Source of the DNA: Zootoca vivipara
Lineage: Eukaryota
Assembly: GCF_963506605.1 (NCBI RefSeq)
Contig: NC_083283.1
Span: 47,678,001 to 47,742,000 of the forward strand
Length of the DNA: 64,000 bases
Direction of reading: 5' to 3'
Below, piece by piece: positions 1-12,907 of this stretch. Position numbers and translations under genes: made by a program. The notes beneath the pieces were generated by a model. That model was not told the origin of the DNA and ran no database searches. It saw only the letters and a program-made list of their open reading frames with translations. How positions within the stretch are numbered: position 1 is the stretch's first letter; the number at the start of each line of letters is the position of its first letter.

Positions 1-48
1 AAGATAACAGATGAGCTTTTCTTCTTATTATTTTTTAATGCCGTATAC

Positions 49-176
49 CAGAGTTGGAGAACCTATGGCCTTCTAGACACTCCTGGCCTACCATCCTAAC
101 CATTGGCCATGCAGACTAGGGCTAATGGGATTCCCTATACGTAATATCTGGTGGGCCACAGGTTTCCCTATCCTTG
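49..176. mobile_element. Old hAT-type palindromic MITE (same family as 50455-50590)
   Basis: Ends cagagttggagaacctatggcc ... ggccacaggtttccctatccttg are imperfect TIRs; degenerate 8-bp TSD ccgtatac/ctatatac; interior aligns with the 50455-50590 copy. Confidence 0.7.
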
Positions 177-633
177 CTATATACTGAATCTTCATGTATC
201 AAAAGTTTTTCAGTTTTATGTTCAGCAAGTCCCCACCGGAGAGTCTTTCTTAGGAAGTAATCATTAGGAAATCAGCAACAGAAAAAGTTGTGTAAATATT
301 TATATTGCTGTTGGGGCTGCTGTTGTTGCAAAAGTTTTCAAGACATTATTGGAAGGAGAAGTTTACTGTTAGCAAAAAGCGTTGAGTTTTTCTGTGACAT
401 TCTTACAAATTTGAAATTGTAAATAAACACCTGAGGTGTACAAATTCCACAAAGATAATAAACAGTAATGATAATGTATAGTTGAAAAAGCAATTGATTC
501 TTGGATTGTATCAAAAATGTTGTGATTCTTGTCCAAGATCATGTCATTTTGTAAAAACTAATGATTATTCTGAGGCTTATGTTCTCATCCTAAGCATATA
601 AAAGTAAACCCCTTTACTGCAGTAGGACTTCAA

Positions 634-724
634 CACTACAATCCCATACACACTTGATTGGCAGCAAGCTCTATGGAACACAGTTCAGCTTACTTCTGAA
701 TAAACCTGCATAGGAACGCACTGT
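634..724. repeat. Short palindromic squamate interspersed repeat (MITE-like)
   Basis: acaatcccatacacact...gcataggaacgcactg inverted ends; related copy at about 42057-42130. Confidence 0.45.
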
Positions 725-3700
725 AAGTGTGCGTGGAATCTCCACATGGTTAATAGGTTTTGCCTATTTAATTTCAACACATTTAATGCTTTCAATTGAA
801 ATATGGTTGTAGACAGCATTTAAATATACAGAATGCTTCTTTTTGATCAGCATTGATTTTAAATTTATTTATTTTGTCAGTGCCAGGCAAAACAAACTAC
901 TTTTGAAAATGCTTTTGTTCAAATACCGTAGAAATCGGATACAAGAGATGTCAGTAACAGCATAATCTTAAATTTTATGCTTTGTATAAAATGAAAAATC
1001 TGTGCATATGAGTTCATATCAGCTGCACTGGAATATCAATAGAGGCGTAATGGAATTTGAAAAATATGCATTTTTATAACAGCCTTATTTTTTTTTGAAT
1101 GAGTTACATATTCAAAAAGACTGCAGAAAGTTGGTGCTTTTTGTTGATAACATAATATTGTCCCAGAGAGGCCTATTGTTAACCTATACAGCTATTTCTT
1201 CTATAAAGTGGTGGCGGAAAACTTCTATACTGGCTAATACTGCAAGCCTAAAACCAAGTATTCACAACGGTTAGGATTTCAACCTAATATTTTAACTTTG
1301 GATTTTCATGAAGCTTTGTTGTGTTTGCTGTCATAGCACCTGAATTTTGAATGCTTATATCTGCTGTCAGTAATGTATTTATGGGCTTCTTGTAACATAT
1401 AGCGTTATGTAAAGGAAAGGATGTGATATTAAAAGTACTGGGAAAACTATTAACTTTTACAGCCCACCTGTACAACTTCATTTTCTTACAATGTGTATTC
1501 ATTTGAGAGTGATGGGGGGGACAGAGGACAAGAAAGTGACCAAGACTGCAAAGAAATTGCTCCTTTATAAAGTACCATCATCTTTTAAATGCTATATTAG
1601 AATTTAAAAGTTAGTTCTGGTGCCAGTATTAAATATATTGGGAGCGTCCTTACATAGATGCAGTCAAAGCAAAACTATGTCTATTAATCAGTTTTTCATT
1701 AAAGTACATATATTAACTGGTTCATAATTGGTTGATTCAGTGCAGTGTTGTATACAAACATTCTGAAGCCTATGTTGCAGTCCTGTGTTTTTAAACACAA
1801 TATGTGAGACAAAGACCTTGTTGTGGCTGCAAAATTGCAGGTGAGAGAAATAAATGCTGGTTTGCAAGTCTTATGGTTACTTTCTAGGCATGGGAATATA
1901 ATTGGAATTTTGCCATATAAACCCGAACTTTAGTGTGTCATTCTCACTACAATGCACTGGGATGTTGAACGTTTTGATAGAGCCTTCATACATGACCACA
2001 CAAACAGCACATGCACAGCTCAAACATGGAGCATATGGATTGCACATGTATTGTAACTTTGCACATAAGACTTCAGGCATGTAGATCTCTATACAAATGT
2101 AATGTCCACATGCTGCATGGACATCAGGCGCTGCAGGGGAGAGTGGGGCTGGTATGCTGAGAGAATTGGGCCAACTAATGTGTCTCCAATCCCCATTCTG
2201 CACAGTGAATAACTGCCTGCATAAGAGCTACTCATTCACATATGCCACTTGATTTCTGGGCATTTGGCTAATAATGTACGTTTGATATCTCACAGCTGGA
2301 TGTGTAAAGTGACCCCATTGAAAAGCCCGGAACTTGATGAAATATGGTGGTCTTGTCTACGGTGTTAGATTTCTGATGGTCCATTCAACACATGGAAGTC
2401 CTGGTTAGTGGTTGTAGGGCGATGAGCATCACTGTGTGTGTGCTTACCTCTGTTTGCTTTGTGTATCTGGTGAAATTCCTTGAGAGTTTATGTGGCTAGG
2501 TCCCAATCCCAAAGATCACTCTGCACACAAATGCACATAAAGGCACATGCATGCCCTTCCAATGGATAGTTTGACTGAACCAGCTACATATTAGACAGGA
2601 GAGATGAGCCTACATTTAGATTCCGCCTGCTCCCATCCCTAATGGACGATGGAGGATGTCAGAACTGATCACACCAGACATCGGATCACCCTGGTTTTAA
2701 TCCAGCTACAGGAACTGCTCACACTGCCCCAGGCAGTAGATACCGGGGACCCAGTGCTGGGAACTGCACACACAGCACTCTTCATGTTTTCTTTATACTG
2801 TTTCTTGTCTGTCTCTTTTCTTATATGATGATGACTTGTCTTGTGTTACTTATTAAAAAATTAAAGTTTTCTGTTCAGTCACTGATTAAAATGGCACTGT
2901 TATTATGATAATATAGAGGAGAAAAGTATACCCTACAGCATATTACAAGGATGTAATTACGCTGAAGAAACTCGTATAATGCATATTTGGTCTCACGTTT
3001 ACTTATCAGACTCTTCCAGAAAAATTACAGTGTCTTGAAATAACCAAACAAAATATGTAATTTTTTTTTAAAAAAGAAGTGTTTAATGCAGATGTAATAT
3101 GTTCGATTGACAATTGTAGAGGCTGGATTTGCAGTATAGTCATAAAATGCTTTTCTTTTCTTTTAAAAACAAACAAAACCCCCAACCCCTCCACCCCACC
3201 AGAGTCATGTAGCAATGGCTGAGGGAGGGAACATTTAGTGTCTGATTTCTCTGTTCTTCAGCTGAGAAAATGTTCCAGTCATTTGTGATGTGTGTGCAGC
3301 TGACTTTCCCATTGGGAGTGAAGTGAGGTAAATTAACAAACTAGCCAAACTAGGCTGACCTTCTAGAAAAGCCATCTCTGCAAATCTTTTCAAAAGCTGT
3401 TGCATTCAGTGGCAGTCTTGACACAGATCCAGTGTGCTTTGGATTTAACCGATGCAGCAGGACAATTCACTAGATTCATATTAAGAATTGTCTACAAATA
3501 CTGTTCTGTAGTTTTTATAGTTGTTTGGTAATTGGGATACATTGCAGCCATTAAAAAACAACAACACCCATGCCCAAGTACCGTACAGTATTCCAAGTAC
3601 CGTACAGCTACTTCCCACACACCTATGGTAACTTTGAACTTCAGTTTCTCAAATAACAGCCCAATGCTACACAGCAAACTACTTTATGTAGTAGCTGAGG

Positions 3701-5244
3701 GTTGCATTCCAAAGTGGCAATGGAGTTTCCTGTTCAAAATATTAAAAAAGTTACAATCCCACATAAGATGTGGTATGCACAAGTTCTTGGGCAAGCATAA
3801 AGTTGTCCTCTGAATTCTGGCTCTATTTTATTTTAAGTTAATAGCACTTAATGATGACTTTATTTGTTTTGGTGATCAAATGAGTGCAAAATAAATTATT
3901 ATTCTAGCAATTCAATTTTCCCAGTGTGTTCAATTTCATTCATTGGTAGTTTGGAATACCTGTTCTGGCAAAGTTTACTAGGTAAACAAGCAAATAAACA
4001 TATAAACACCACCACATTTTAATTCTTGATGGTTTGTGTTGCCTGTACATTTTGTTTTCAGCTATCTCACTTGGGCTTTTGTTAGTGTTCTGGTTTTTAT
4101 TTTAAAGGCATGAAGTCATTCAGCTACCGAGTTTTGTTTGCTGTGATCTACTGCTGATCACTAGGTGTAGCTGCATCTCTAAATCCACGTTCATAAGCCA
4201 TGATTGTATGCTGAACTTGGCACATTCTGAGTTTGAGGCACAAAGAAGTATTTAAGGCATTTGGAGTGATTTGAAAATTTGATCTAATGTAAGTTACGTA
4301 CCTTTTTGAAGGAAAGTAAACTCCTGAAAGAACAGGATCCATCCAAGTCTGTGTAATAATACATTTGCTTGCTGTTTATATTTTTTTATCCTTTACTTTG
4401 CTAGTGGCTTTAACAGATGGATACAAACTTACAGAAACAATTGTACATTTGCTGAAGAAGTACTGTAAAATTAGACTGTGTGCATGTTTTAGTATGTTTG
4501 TTCAAACAAAATACTTACTATGAAACTATACTATTAAATGTAACTTTGGCAAAATGTACTTTGCTCAAAATCACTCTCTATGAGGGTAAAGCTACTGAAA
4601 TTTGGATTACAAATTGTCTTGGGATCATCTGTGGGTGAAATATTAAGTCTAGTACTCTCATGAACTAGATGTGCTTTGACTCTCATTTCTTCAGCACAAT
4701 GAGAAGTTTCATTTTCGAAGAGAGAAAAAATAAAGAATTCCTCTGGGTACAAACAGTTCTTTAGTACACCTAGAATACATTTTTAGAACTTATCTGCAAT
4801 AGTGTTTGCTTTTAAATTTGCTAGGAATTGAATTTTTTGGTTGTGGCACTGTGTTCTGAAACTTGTAGATTTTGTATGTGTCAGGGAATATAGCAGCAAT
4901 TTGGGACTAAGGGAGTATTTGGAATGTGGTGAAAGGAAAGAGTAGCTAGCCCAAAGGAGATTGAACGAAAAACTAGCCAAAGTCATTACAACCACAGTAA
5001 CATTTTGCCAATTTAGCGATGATATTGTAGACTGAGTCCTGTCCTGTGGTGTTAACAAGGAATTCCAAAGGCTGAATTATAGTAAGAGTGATGGTGAGTG
5101 GGATTGCCATTTTAAAGGGATGGAATTGAGAAGATCTTAGTAACCTATGTGTTGTGGGCAGAACTGAAACATCTTATTTATTTTCAGTAAATTAGAAAGG
5201 GAGCAAGAAATGCTTCTTAATGTACTATATTCATAGATGATCAT

Positions 5245-5454
5245 AAGGTAAAGGTAAAGGGACCCCTGACCATTAGGTCCAGTCGTGTCCGACTCTGGGG
5301 TTGCGCGCTCATCTCACATTATTGGCCGAGGGAGCCGGCGTATAGCTTCCAGGTCATGTGGCCAGCATGACAAAGCCGCTTCTGGCAAACCAGAGCAGCA
5401 CATGGAAACGCCGTTTACCTTCCCGCTGTAGCGGTTCCTATTTATCTACTTGCA
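5245..5454 (-). mobile_element. Sauria SINE, 5'-truncated
   Basis: Reverse complement of the (ACCTTT)n tail and body, near-identical to 55941-56303; TSD atcata on both sides. Confidence 0.95.
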
Positions 5455-6464
5455 TCATAGGGTGTCTTTAATCTGAAAAAAGATTAAATACAATTATGGA
5501 GGATAGGCTGAATGAGCTGCTAGCCATGATGGAAACACAACCTTTCCTCTGGCAACATCCCCTTCCATACTAGATGCTAAGTAAAGCAGGGGATGGATGT
5601 AAGAGTTTTCACAACTGTATTTAGCTAGCTACCCAGAATAGTTATCTTGATAGCTATTGACCTGACACATAGTTTCTATGTTTTTTTCTGAACATCTTTA
5701 TGTAGTCCTAGTTGAACAAAGTAGTTAAGGTGGGCCTTAGCACTGCTGAGTTGGTACTATGGCTTTTTCAGGCTTGCGGTTGTAGCCTACTGTGCACTCG
5801 TGATAAGATTTGGACATATGGCTGAATACAGCAATAATATAAAAAGAGCTCATATAATTGAGAATGTGCTGTTGTGTTTTTTCATGGGCAACTGTGCCTA
5901 GCATGCCAGGAAATCAGAACACTGATATGCCATACCCACCCTTCTCTGTTCACTTGCCTGCCTGGTTTCTTCTTGCACTACTCAGAAACAAAGGGTCTCA
6001 CAGCTGGATGTCTGAGGTGGGAGGAGTGTGCTCTGTTACCATTGGCTAATGGAATCATTTAAAAGTTGATACACATCCTAGCTCCGGTATTCCCAATAGC
6101 CTATGCCTCCAATGGTATCAATGTAAACTTTCTCCAGTGCCCATAAAGGCTCTAGAATCCCCCGTCGCACTATTCCCATTGCTCTTTGCCAAGAGTTGTG
6201 TTACACCTCCTCCAAGATGTAAGGAAATCCCCCATTTGCAGCATTTTTTTGGTAGTGTCAGAATTCTTTTTGAAAATTCCAGATGTGCCCATGAGCTGGA
6301 AAAAAATGGTGATCTCAACACTAGACACTATAGTTAACTGTGGTAACGACTGGAAGAAAAGGCTGGAGCTGGTGAAAGCAGCCATAGGTTGGTATTGAGT
6401 TCACTTGCAACTGTAAACTATGGTTTAACAAACTTATTACATACATAACAAAACAAAAATCTAA

Positions 6465-6935
6465 TTTTATTTGTATGCCCCCTTCCCACAGTTCAAACCA
6501 TGCTCAAGGCTGCTTAAAACATGAAAAAATACATAACTACAACATAACAAAAGTAGTCATGAAGAATAAACATTTAAAAATACACAACCAAACCAAACAA
6601 TTTGCACATAAATCAAAAGTTCTAAAATAAAGGTACAGTTGTACCTCTGTTTACGTATCCCTCTGGATCTGGAGGGATACGTAAACTTCGGGTTGTGAAT
6701 GTGGCAAACCCGGAAGTGTATACTTTTGGGTTTTGCCACATGTGTGTGTGTGTGCCCAGAAGTGCTCAATCGCACCGTGCGTGTGTGCAGAAGGGCACCT
6801 CTTGTTACGGACTTTTCAGGGTACAGCCGGGCCTCTGGAACTGATCCCGTGCGTAACCAGAGGTACCACTGTACAAATAACCAATAGGAATAACAGCCCC
6901 AACAAAAAACTTCACACTGTTCAGCAGTCTAATCT
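6465..6935 (-). mobile_element. L2-type LINE 3' tail remnant, interrupted by a Tc1/pogo MITE
   Basis: ttttatttgtatgcccccttccc...caaggctgcttaaaac followed by an A/C-rich tract, typical of reverse-strand squamate L2 3' UTRs. Confidence 0.5.
6636..6871. mobile_element. Tc1/pogo (Tigger-like) MITE, CAG-terminated family
   Basis: TIRs cagttgtacctctg / cagaggtaccactg flanked by a TA duplication (6634-6635, 6872-6873). Confidence 0.9.
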
Positions 6936-8507
6936 TTTGTAGCTGTAGTCAGTCTGGGCTCTGCCCTTCCAGGCCAGGTGGAAAAAGGCCTTCAAGGCAG
7001 GGAGCAGTCCTTACAGAACTCTGGCTACTCCACTCCACACTTATAGTCTGGTAATCTTGCTTGGCTTTTTATTTTTATTTTAAACTAAGCTTATATACCA
7101 CTTGATTGTAAACAAAACCTCTAAGCTGTTTACAAAAAGTCTGATTTGGCAGAAATCTATAACACGTTGTAGATTCTTGTACATACATTGAGTATCATTT
7201 AAAATGCTCAGCCCAAACTGTTGTGCACTGCTGTAATGTGACTGGGATTAAATGTAATTTACTATGACAATGCATGCGCACTTCTAATAAAGCTGTTAAA
7301 TACTCATTCCCTGCTTGTTGTCAGGTTCTGTATAGCTCCGCAGGAGGCTTTTATTTCCTTAATGGTTTAACTTATGAGTGCTGCTCTACTCTTATCTCCA
7401 GTCTGCATGTATTGTCAAATTTTTACCATTTGTTGCCTTGTTAATGAGTTGTTATATGGCCAGGGCTCCTGCTTTCTTCGGTTTTGCACCCTTGTGCAGA
7501 AGGAACAGGTAGGAGACAAGAGAAATCTGCTCTGCACCTGATGGCATCTGCCATTTTAGTAGATACTGTTAAAAGAAAAATAAAAGCATTGTGAAGATGA
7601 TAATTTATTAACAACTCGTAAAAGGCTTTTCTAGTGGCCCTTGTAGCCTTAGTCTGTCTCCCGTCATACTTGTCATATCCTGGGCAGTGTAGAAACAGTG
7701 CTGAGGTATATTTAATAGGATGAGCTGCTTTTAGAGTATGCTTTGTGCATATATAGAGTGAAAGAGCATGTATTAATAACAGCCAACCTCTATCTTATTT
7801 CCAAAACTGACTCTACAATCTGAATTTTTAAGAACTAGACTGTTAGAAATCTTACTGAGAATGCTGGTTTACAAGTGGGCAATAATTGATTGGTTGTGTT
7901 TGCACATAACACTGTGTCATGATTTGTCTTAACAATGGTTTGCTCAACAAATCATGAGTCACTGCGCAGATCAAACAAACCACAACCTGTTTCTACAAAG
8001 CTTGATTTGTTTTCTAGCTGCTCTTGCTTTGAGGTGAATTGAGGTGAAATTTAAACAAAAAACCATCAGTCCCCCTTTTCTAAACCTGCTCCAATATGGT
8101 GGTAATCAGCTGGCTATTTTTGGAGCTAACTTCAAATGGTGACAATTGCTCTTGGTTCTTTCTCCCCTTTACATCCTTTATTGCTTGCAAATACTTGCTG
8201 ATGCAGCTGGGGTCAAAATGGCTCCAAAACCAGAATTAGTTATGTATTGTTCAACATGATCTCTGCAAATAGCAAAGATAGGAAAAAGAAGCTTTGTTGG
8301 GTCATGAAGAAGATTCTAACTGGATTTAAAAAAATGATATTTGCGAAGGGATTTTGGAAGCCTGTGCGATATTATAGACCATTGAATCTGTTTGCACTGA
8401 TTTTAAGAAAAGTGAGAGAATTTGCCTATTATGAAACTAGCGGGGGAGAATAATTTTCTCAAGAATATGTTCTGTCTGTTTGGAAAGGTTTTACTTGTTC
8501 TATAATT

Positions 8508-8914
8508 GTGTGGCGTAGTGGTTAGAGTGTTGGAGTCTGACCTGGGAGACCAAGGTTTGGATCCCCACACAGTCATAAAACTTACTGGGTGACCTTGGGC
8601 AAATCACCATCTCTTGGCCTAACCTACCTCACAGAGTTGTTGTGTGGATTAATTGTGGAAGAAGAGAACCACATAAACCACCTTGAGCTCCATGGAAGAT
8701 AAAGATGGTCTATAAATGTGCAGTGGTACCTCTGGTTACAAACGCTTTGGGTTACGAACTCCGCTAGCTGCTCCTGGTTGCAAACTTTGCCCCGGGATGC
8801 GAACGGAAATTGTGTGCACATGCAGCAAGAGGCCCCATTAGTGAAAGTGTGTCTCAGATCTCTGGAACAAATTAAGTTAGTAACCAGAGGTACCACTGTA
8901 ATAATAATAATAAA
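8508..8914 (+). mobile_element. tRNA-derived CORE-SINE (MIR/Squam3-like) with a MITE inserted in its tail
   Basis: A box tggcgtagtgg (8511), degenerate B box ggtttggatcc (8554), CORE-like gtgaccttgggcaaatcac...acctacctcacagagttgttgtg, (TAA)n tail resuming after the MITE. Confidence 0.8.
8721..8898. mobile_element. Tc1/pogo (Tigger-like) MITE, CAG-terminated family
   Basis: Perfect TIRs cagtggtacctctggtta / taaccagaggtaccactg; TSD tg/ta (mutated TA). Confidence 0.9.
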
Positions 8915-9164
8915 ATGATATATGATATTGTATAACGCACCCTGGGACCTTATGGTGAAAGGTGGGTAAGAAATAAACAAGAACTGGAAATAACAGGTTC
9001 TGGTCTAAGCATTAATGGACATCAAGGGTAGGTTTGTTTATTTTAAAGCAGCTTTTTGCAGGGTCACTTTGATCCCTGGTTCCTGATGTGCATGGATTTT
9101 CAATTTTCAATATTTTTTTGTGGTCAAATAGGGCAGAAATTGATCCCAAAAGTTTAAGGATATA

Positions 9165-9587
9165 CCATACTTTTCCGTGCACAAGACAAGGATTTTCTAC
9201 ATTAATGTAGTGTTGGAATATTGGGCTCGTCTTCTACATGGATAGTGCATTGTGGCGATGGGGGATTGGTTGCTGCTAGGAGCTGTAGATTGTCTGTGGC
9301 AGTATTGCGGTGATTGTTGGCTACGGCAAGGGCTGTTTTTGATTGGCTGTTGCATTGGCAGTTGGGCGGGTGATAGGTGGCTGCTGGCGGCATACGGTCA
9401 GACGTTTGGTGGCTTTTGCATAGTGTGTGATAGGAAGCGTTCAGGCAGGTGAGTGATTTTTGGCAATCCCCCCCTCCAAAAAAGCCCAAGAACTCTGGGC
9501 AATATCCACAAATTTTCTTATTTTTGAGTCCCCCAAAATAGGGGGTGACTTATACACAGGTGCGTGTTACACATGGAAAAAATATAG
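9165..9587. mobile_element. pogo/Tc2-like non-autonomous element, CCG-terminated family (decayed)
   Basis: TA-ccatacttttccgtgcacaagac ... gtgttacacatggaaaaaatatag-TA degenerate TIRs (inferred consensus CCGTATTTTTCCGTGTATAAGAC). Confidence 0.7.
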
Positions 9588-9788
9588 TAACTGATATGCC
9601 ATGAAGCGCCATATGAAAATTCTAACTTTATCATAGTTGTGGAATACTTAACCCACAGAGTTATGGAAAACATGGTGTTGTATGAGTTTTTTTAAATTTT
9701 AGAAGCACTGTTGGGATACATTTGACCCCAGTGTTTGACTAGGGGTTAAAGTAGAATAATATTGAAGTGGTGACATCCTTACTCCATT

Positions 9789-10090
9789 TAATAATAATAA
9801 TAATAATGATAATAATAATAATAATAATAAATAATTTATTATTGGCCAAGTACGTTTTCCAACATACTTGTAATTTGTTTCGGCTACATTGCAATGAAAA
9901 CGTACACACACTGTTCCACTCACAATACAAATAAGCAAAGAAACCCACCCATAATTGACCTCCCCTTCAGCTACACATCTACAAATTCAACAATTTAATG
10001 GCACAAGGGGAAAAACTGTTCCTGTGCCTGGCCGATTTTGTATATGAAGACCTGTAGCGACGTCCAGATGGGAGTAAATCTAGCAGATGA
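9789..10090 (-). mobile_element. Rex1/Babar LINE 3' end with a (TTA)n tail
   Basis: Minus strand 10089-9979 reads HLLDLLPSGRRYRSSYTKSARHRNSFSPCAIKLLNL*, the LLPSGRRYRS...NSF.P.AI.LLN C-terminal motif of Rex1-type ORF2; followed by a 3' UTR and microsatellite tail. Confidence 0.85.
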
Positions 10091-11717
10091 TGACAAGTTC
10101 CATGCCCTGCAGAATGTATTGGAAGGCAATATACCCAGGATCACTTAAACAAGGTCCGTGCAGTAGTAATGTTTAAAGTGCTAACCTGAGCCCAGAAAAT
10201 CTTAGGTGCATGAAATGGGTAGAATTTGCAGCACAAGCACTTTGAAGCACCATAGGTTTCTTTGTTTAGCTAAACATGTTTCTTTGCTTAAAGCACGTTT
10301 TCCCTCCTAAAATGGAAAATGTTTTGGTGTCACAATTCAAAGGACTGTTTAAAAAACAAACAAAAAGGCATGGAACTCCATGTGGGCAGTGCACTCACTG
10401 GCCCCATTCTGGCTACAATCCTGTAAATATGAACAGGTATCTCCTAGCACTTTTCAGATTATCTTTGATTGGCCTATAATGGATGTGGTCACAGTGTGAA
10501 TTTGACAGCAACAGCTGGCAGCAGGCATGGCAGGATACAAATGGCTGTTATGCAAGACCACAATGTATATTTTTCAGCTGAAAGATTGCTACCCATAATA
10601 TTATATTGATATTGTATCTGTAAGGGAAATAAATTTACCTAGATTATGTTTTGCTTTGCTCAGTGATAAACTGCAGTGTGTTTATATTAAGATGAGCCCA
10701 AGATGGAGATGGAAATAATTTAAGAGCAGAGTTTAAGCATTAGAAACCCTTTTAGCCAGTTTTAGAAACTGAGATACAGTATATGAAAGCTAGGAGCTAA
10801 ATGGCAGCTTAAACCTAGGTCATGGGCGCAACAATGGAATGTCCAGGTACACTTTTTTAATAACAAGAAACAAAGCCGAAAATGAATGAACTGCAGCTAA
10901 AATATTACGTTCATTTTTCACATGGTCTAGTCCTTCCCCTGCCCACCCCCCTAATATTCTTAAGAGGCTCTCTGCTCCAGTCTTCAGAGGGTAGCTGGAA
11001 ATGGGGAGGCAGAAAAAGGTCGTCCTTTCCTTCCACTGCAGTTTTAATCTGAAATATTAGGCACAGTACTGCACCCAGACCTCAGAAACTGCTCTCACTA
11101 ATGAAACTCCCTGTCACAAAATGCGCCTAGAACACTGCTTTTAGCTTTAAACGGAACTAGAAGTCTACAAAAATGCCATTCAATTCTCATGGCAGTATTT
11201 TACATTTTAGTATTGCTGTGTGGCATTGGAGTTGAAGCTGTAGAACATTCAGAATACGGTATTTGTGTTGCCTAAGCACTACAAAAATAACATTGGAAAC
11301 CAGATGGTTATGAAGTAGGAGAAAGGGTTATGTAGTTCCTGCTTCTGAAGAAATTATATTTAATCATAGCTTGCTTCAAGAAAGCAGCAAGCCTCTTTAA
11401 AAAGAGAGAGAGATTTGCTTGCATTCTGTACATGGAAAGTAAGTATAGAACCAATATTAAAACAATGACTAAGCCACACTAAGGAAAATTGTGTGGTTTT
11501 TTTTAAAAGCAGTCAGCTGTCATTACAATTATGCCAGACAAACAGGGTTTCTTTAATTTGTTTTTAGGCAGAGAAATGCAGTTGACGAGGTGGATTCTAG
11601 TAAGGCTTTAGATCTAGTCGTGACATCTTCCCAGGAGAGTTTGAAGGCAAGGAGAAACTACCACAACATGAGTAGATAATGGCTTGAAAACCTTTGCATG
11701 ATAGCTGGTGATAATTA

Positions 11718-11925
11718 CAGTGGACACGATCCGTTCCGGGGTGCCGTTTGCACCCCGAAAAGTCCGCAACCAGAGTGGCGCTTCTGCGCATGTGCAAAGC
11801 GCGCATAATGTTTCTGTGCGTGCACACGCGGCGAAACCCGGAGGTAAACAGTTCCGGGTTTGCCGCGTTCACAAGCTGAAAAGACGCAACCTGAAGTAGA
11901 CACAACATGAGGTACCGTATGAGTG
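11718..11925. mobile_element. Tc1/pogo (Tigger-like) MITE, CAG-terminated family
   Basis: TA-cagtgg...gaggta(ccgta)tgagtg-TA; CpG-rich interior homologous to 6636-6871 and 12685-12907. Confidence 0.8.
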
Positions 11926-12019
11926 TATTGGATCAGTGTCAACTCTGAGGCCTGATTCATACAGTACCTGAATCACAGCCCACATTGGTCTGTAACATAA
12001 GAAGTTACATACAACTCAG

Positions 12020-12473
12020 GAGGGGCCTCCATTCCCAGGCGTTCCACCCTGCTGCTCTGTTCCCCCATGCTGCTGTATCTCCTTGCTGTCACTAGCTGCC
12101 GTCCCCTTTGAATCTGAGCAAGGAGACAGAGAAAAAGCTACAGCTCAGATTGCCTTCTTACTATTCTATAATAGCACTTTTCAAAGGCAGCCAAACATAG
12201 AGCGCGCTGCAGTATTCCAAACGTGGTGTTTGGGACAATAACACGGCCCCTGCAAGTGCAACGGAGGAGGGGTGGCAGCAGAGCAAGGCCAGGCCAGGCG
12301 CTTGGAGCTGACTGCTTCAGTGGCAGCGCCTCGCTCACTCGCCCCAAACATGAGCACCATGCAGCTGTTCCTGGATGCCAGATCTCGGTCCCAGACGCCT
12401 GCTACTGGGCGCCCCTGATGGGCAGGCGCCCTGGTGTGGGGCACCACTAAGCCTAATGGATAATACAGCCCTG
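12020..12473. mobile_element. GC-rich hAT (Tip100-like) element fragment
   Basis: Right end cctaatggataatacagccctg resembles a hAT TIR (reverse complement CAGGGCTGTATTATCC); left TIR not found. Confidence 0.5.
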
Positions 12474-12684
12474 AATAAGATCTTCAGATTGCAGCTAGTA
12501 AAAAATCTAAAACTGTACTGGAAACTGAATACTTGTCATTAGTAATTGTTAAAGTAGTGATTTGGTGCACACACATATATATATATATAACAGTTTATCT
12601 TATTTAACAACACTTTGATTTAATTCAGTGCCGTTAGAGTATGTGTTGGCGCTTTACCTTAGCATTAAAAAAAGGGGGGGCATA

Positions 12685-12907
12685 CAATGGTACCTCGGTT
12701 TATGATGACAATCTGTCCCGGGGAGCCGGTTGCTCCCCGAAGGCACGCTTCTGCGAAGCACCGATAGAGCGCTTCTGCGCATAGGTGAGCTGCGCAGATC
12801 GCTTCTGCGCATGCGTGCGGAATCCGGATGTAAATACTTCCGGATCCGCGGCGGTCACTCTCCAAGTTTATCGTAAATGGAGGCGGTCGCAAACCGAGGT
12901 TCCACTG
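12685..12907. mobile_element. Tc1/pogo (Tigger-like) MITE, CAG-terminated family
   Basis: TA-caatggtacctcggttt ... aaaccgaggttccactg-TA. Confidence 0.9.
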
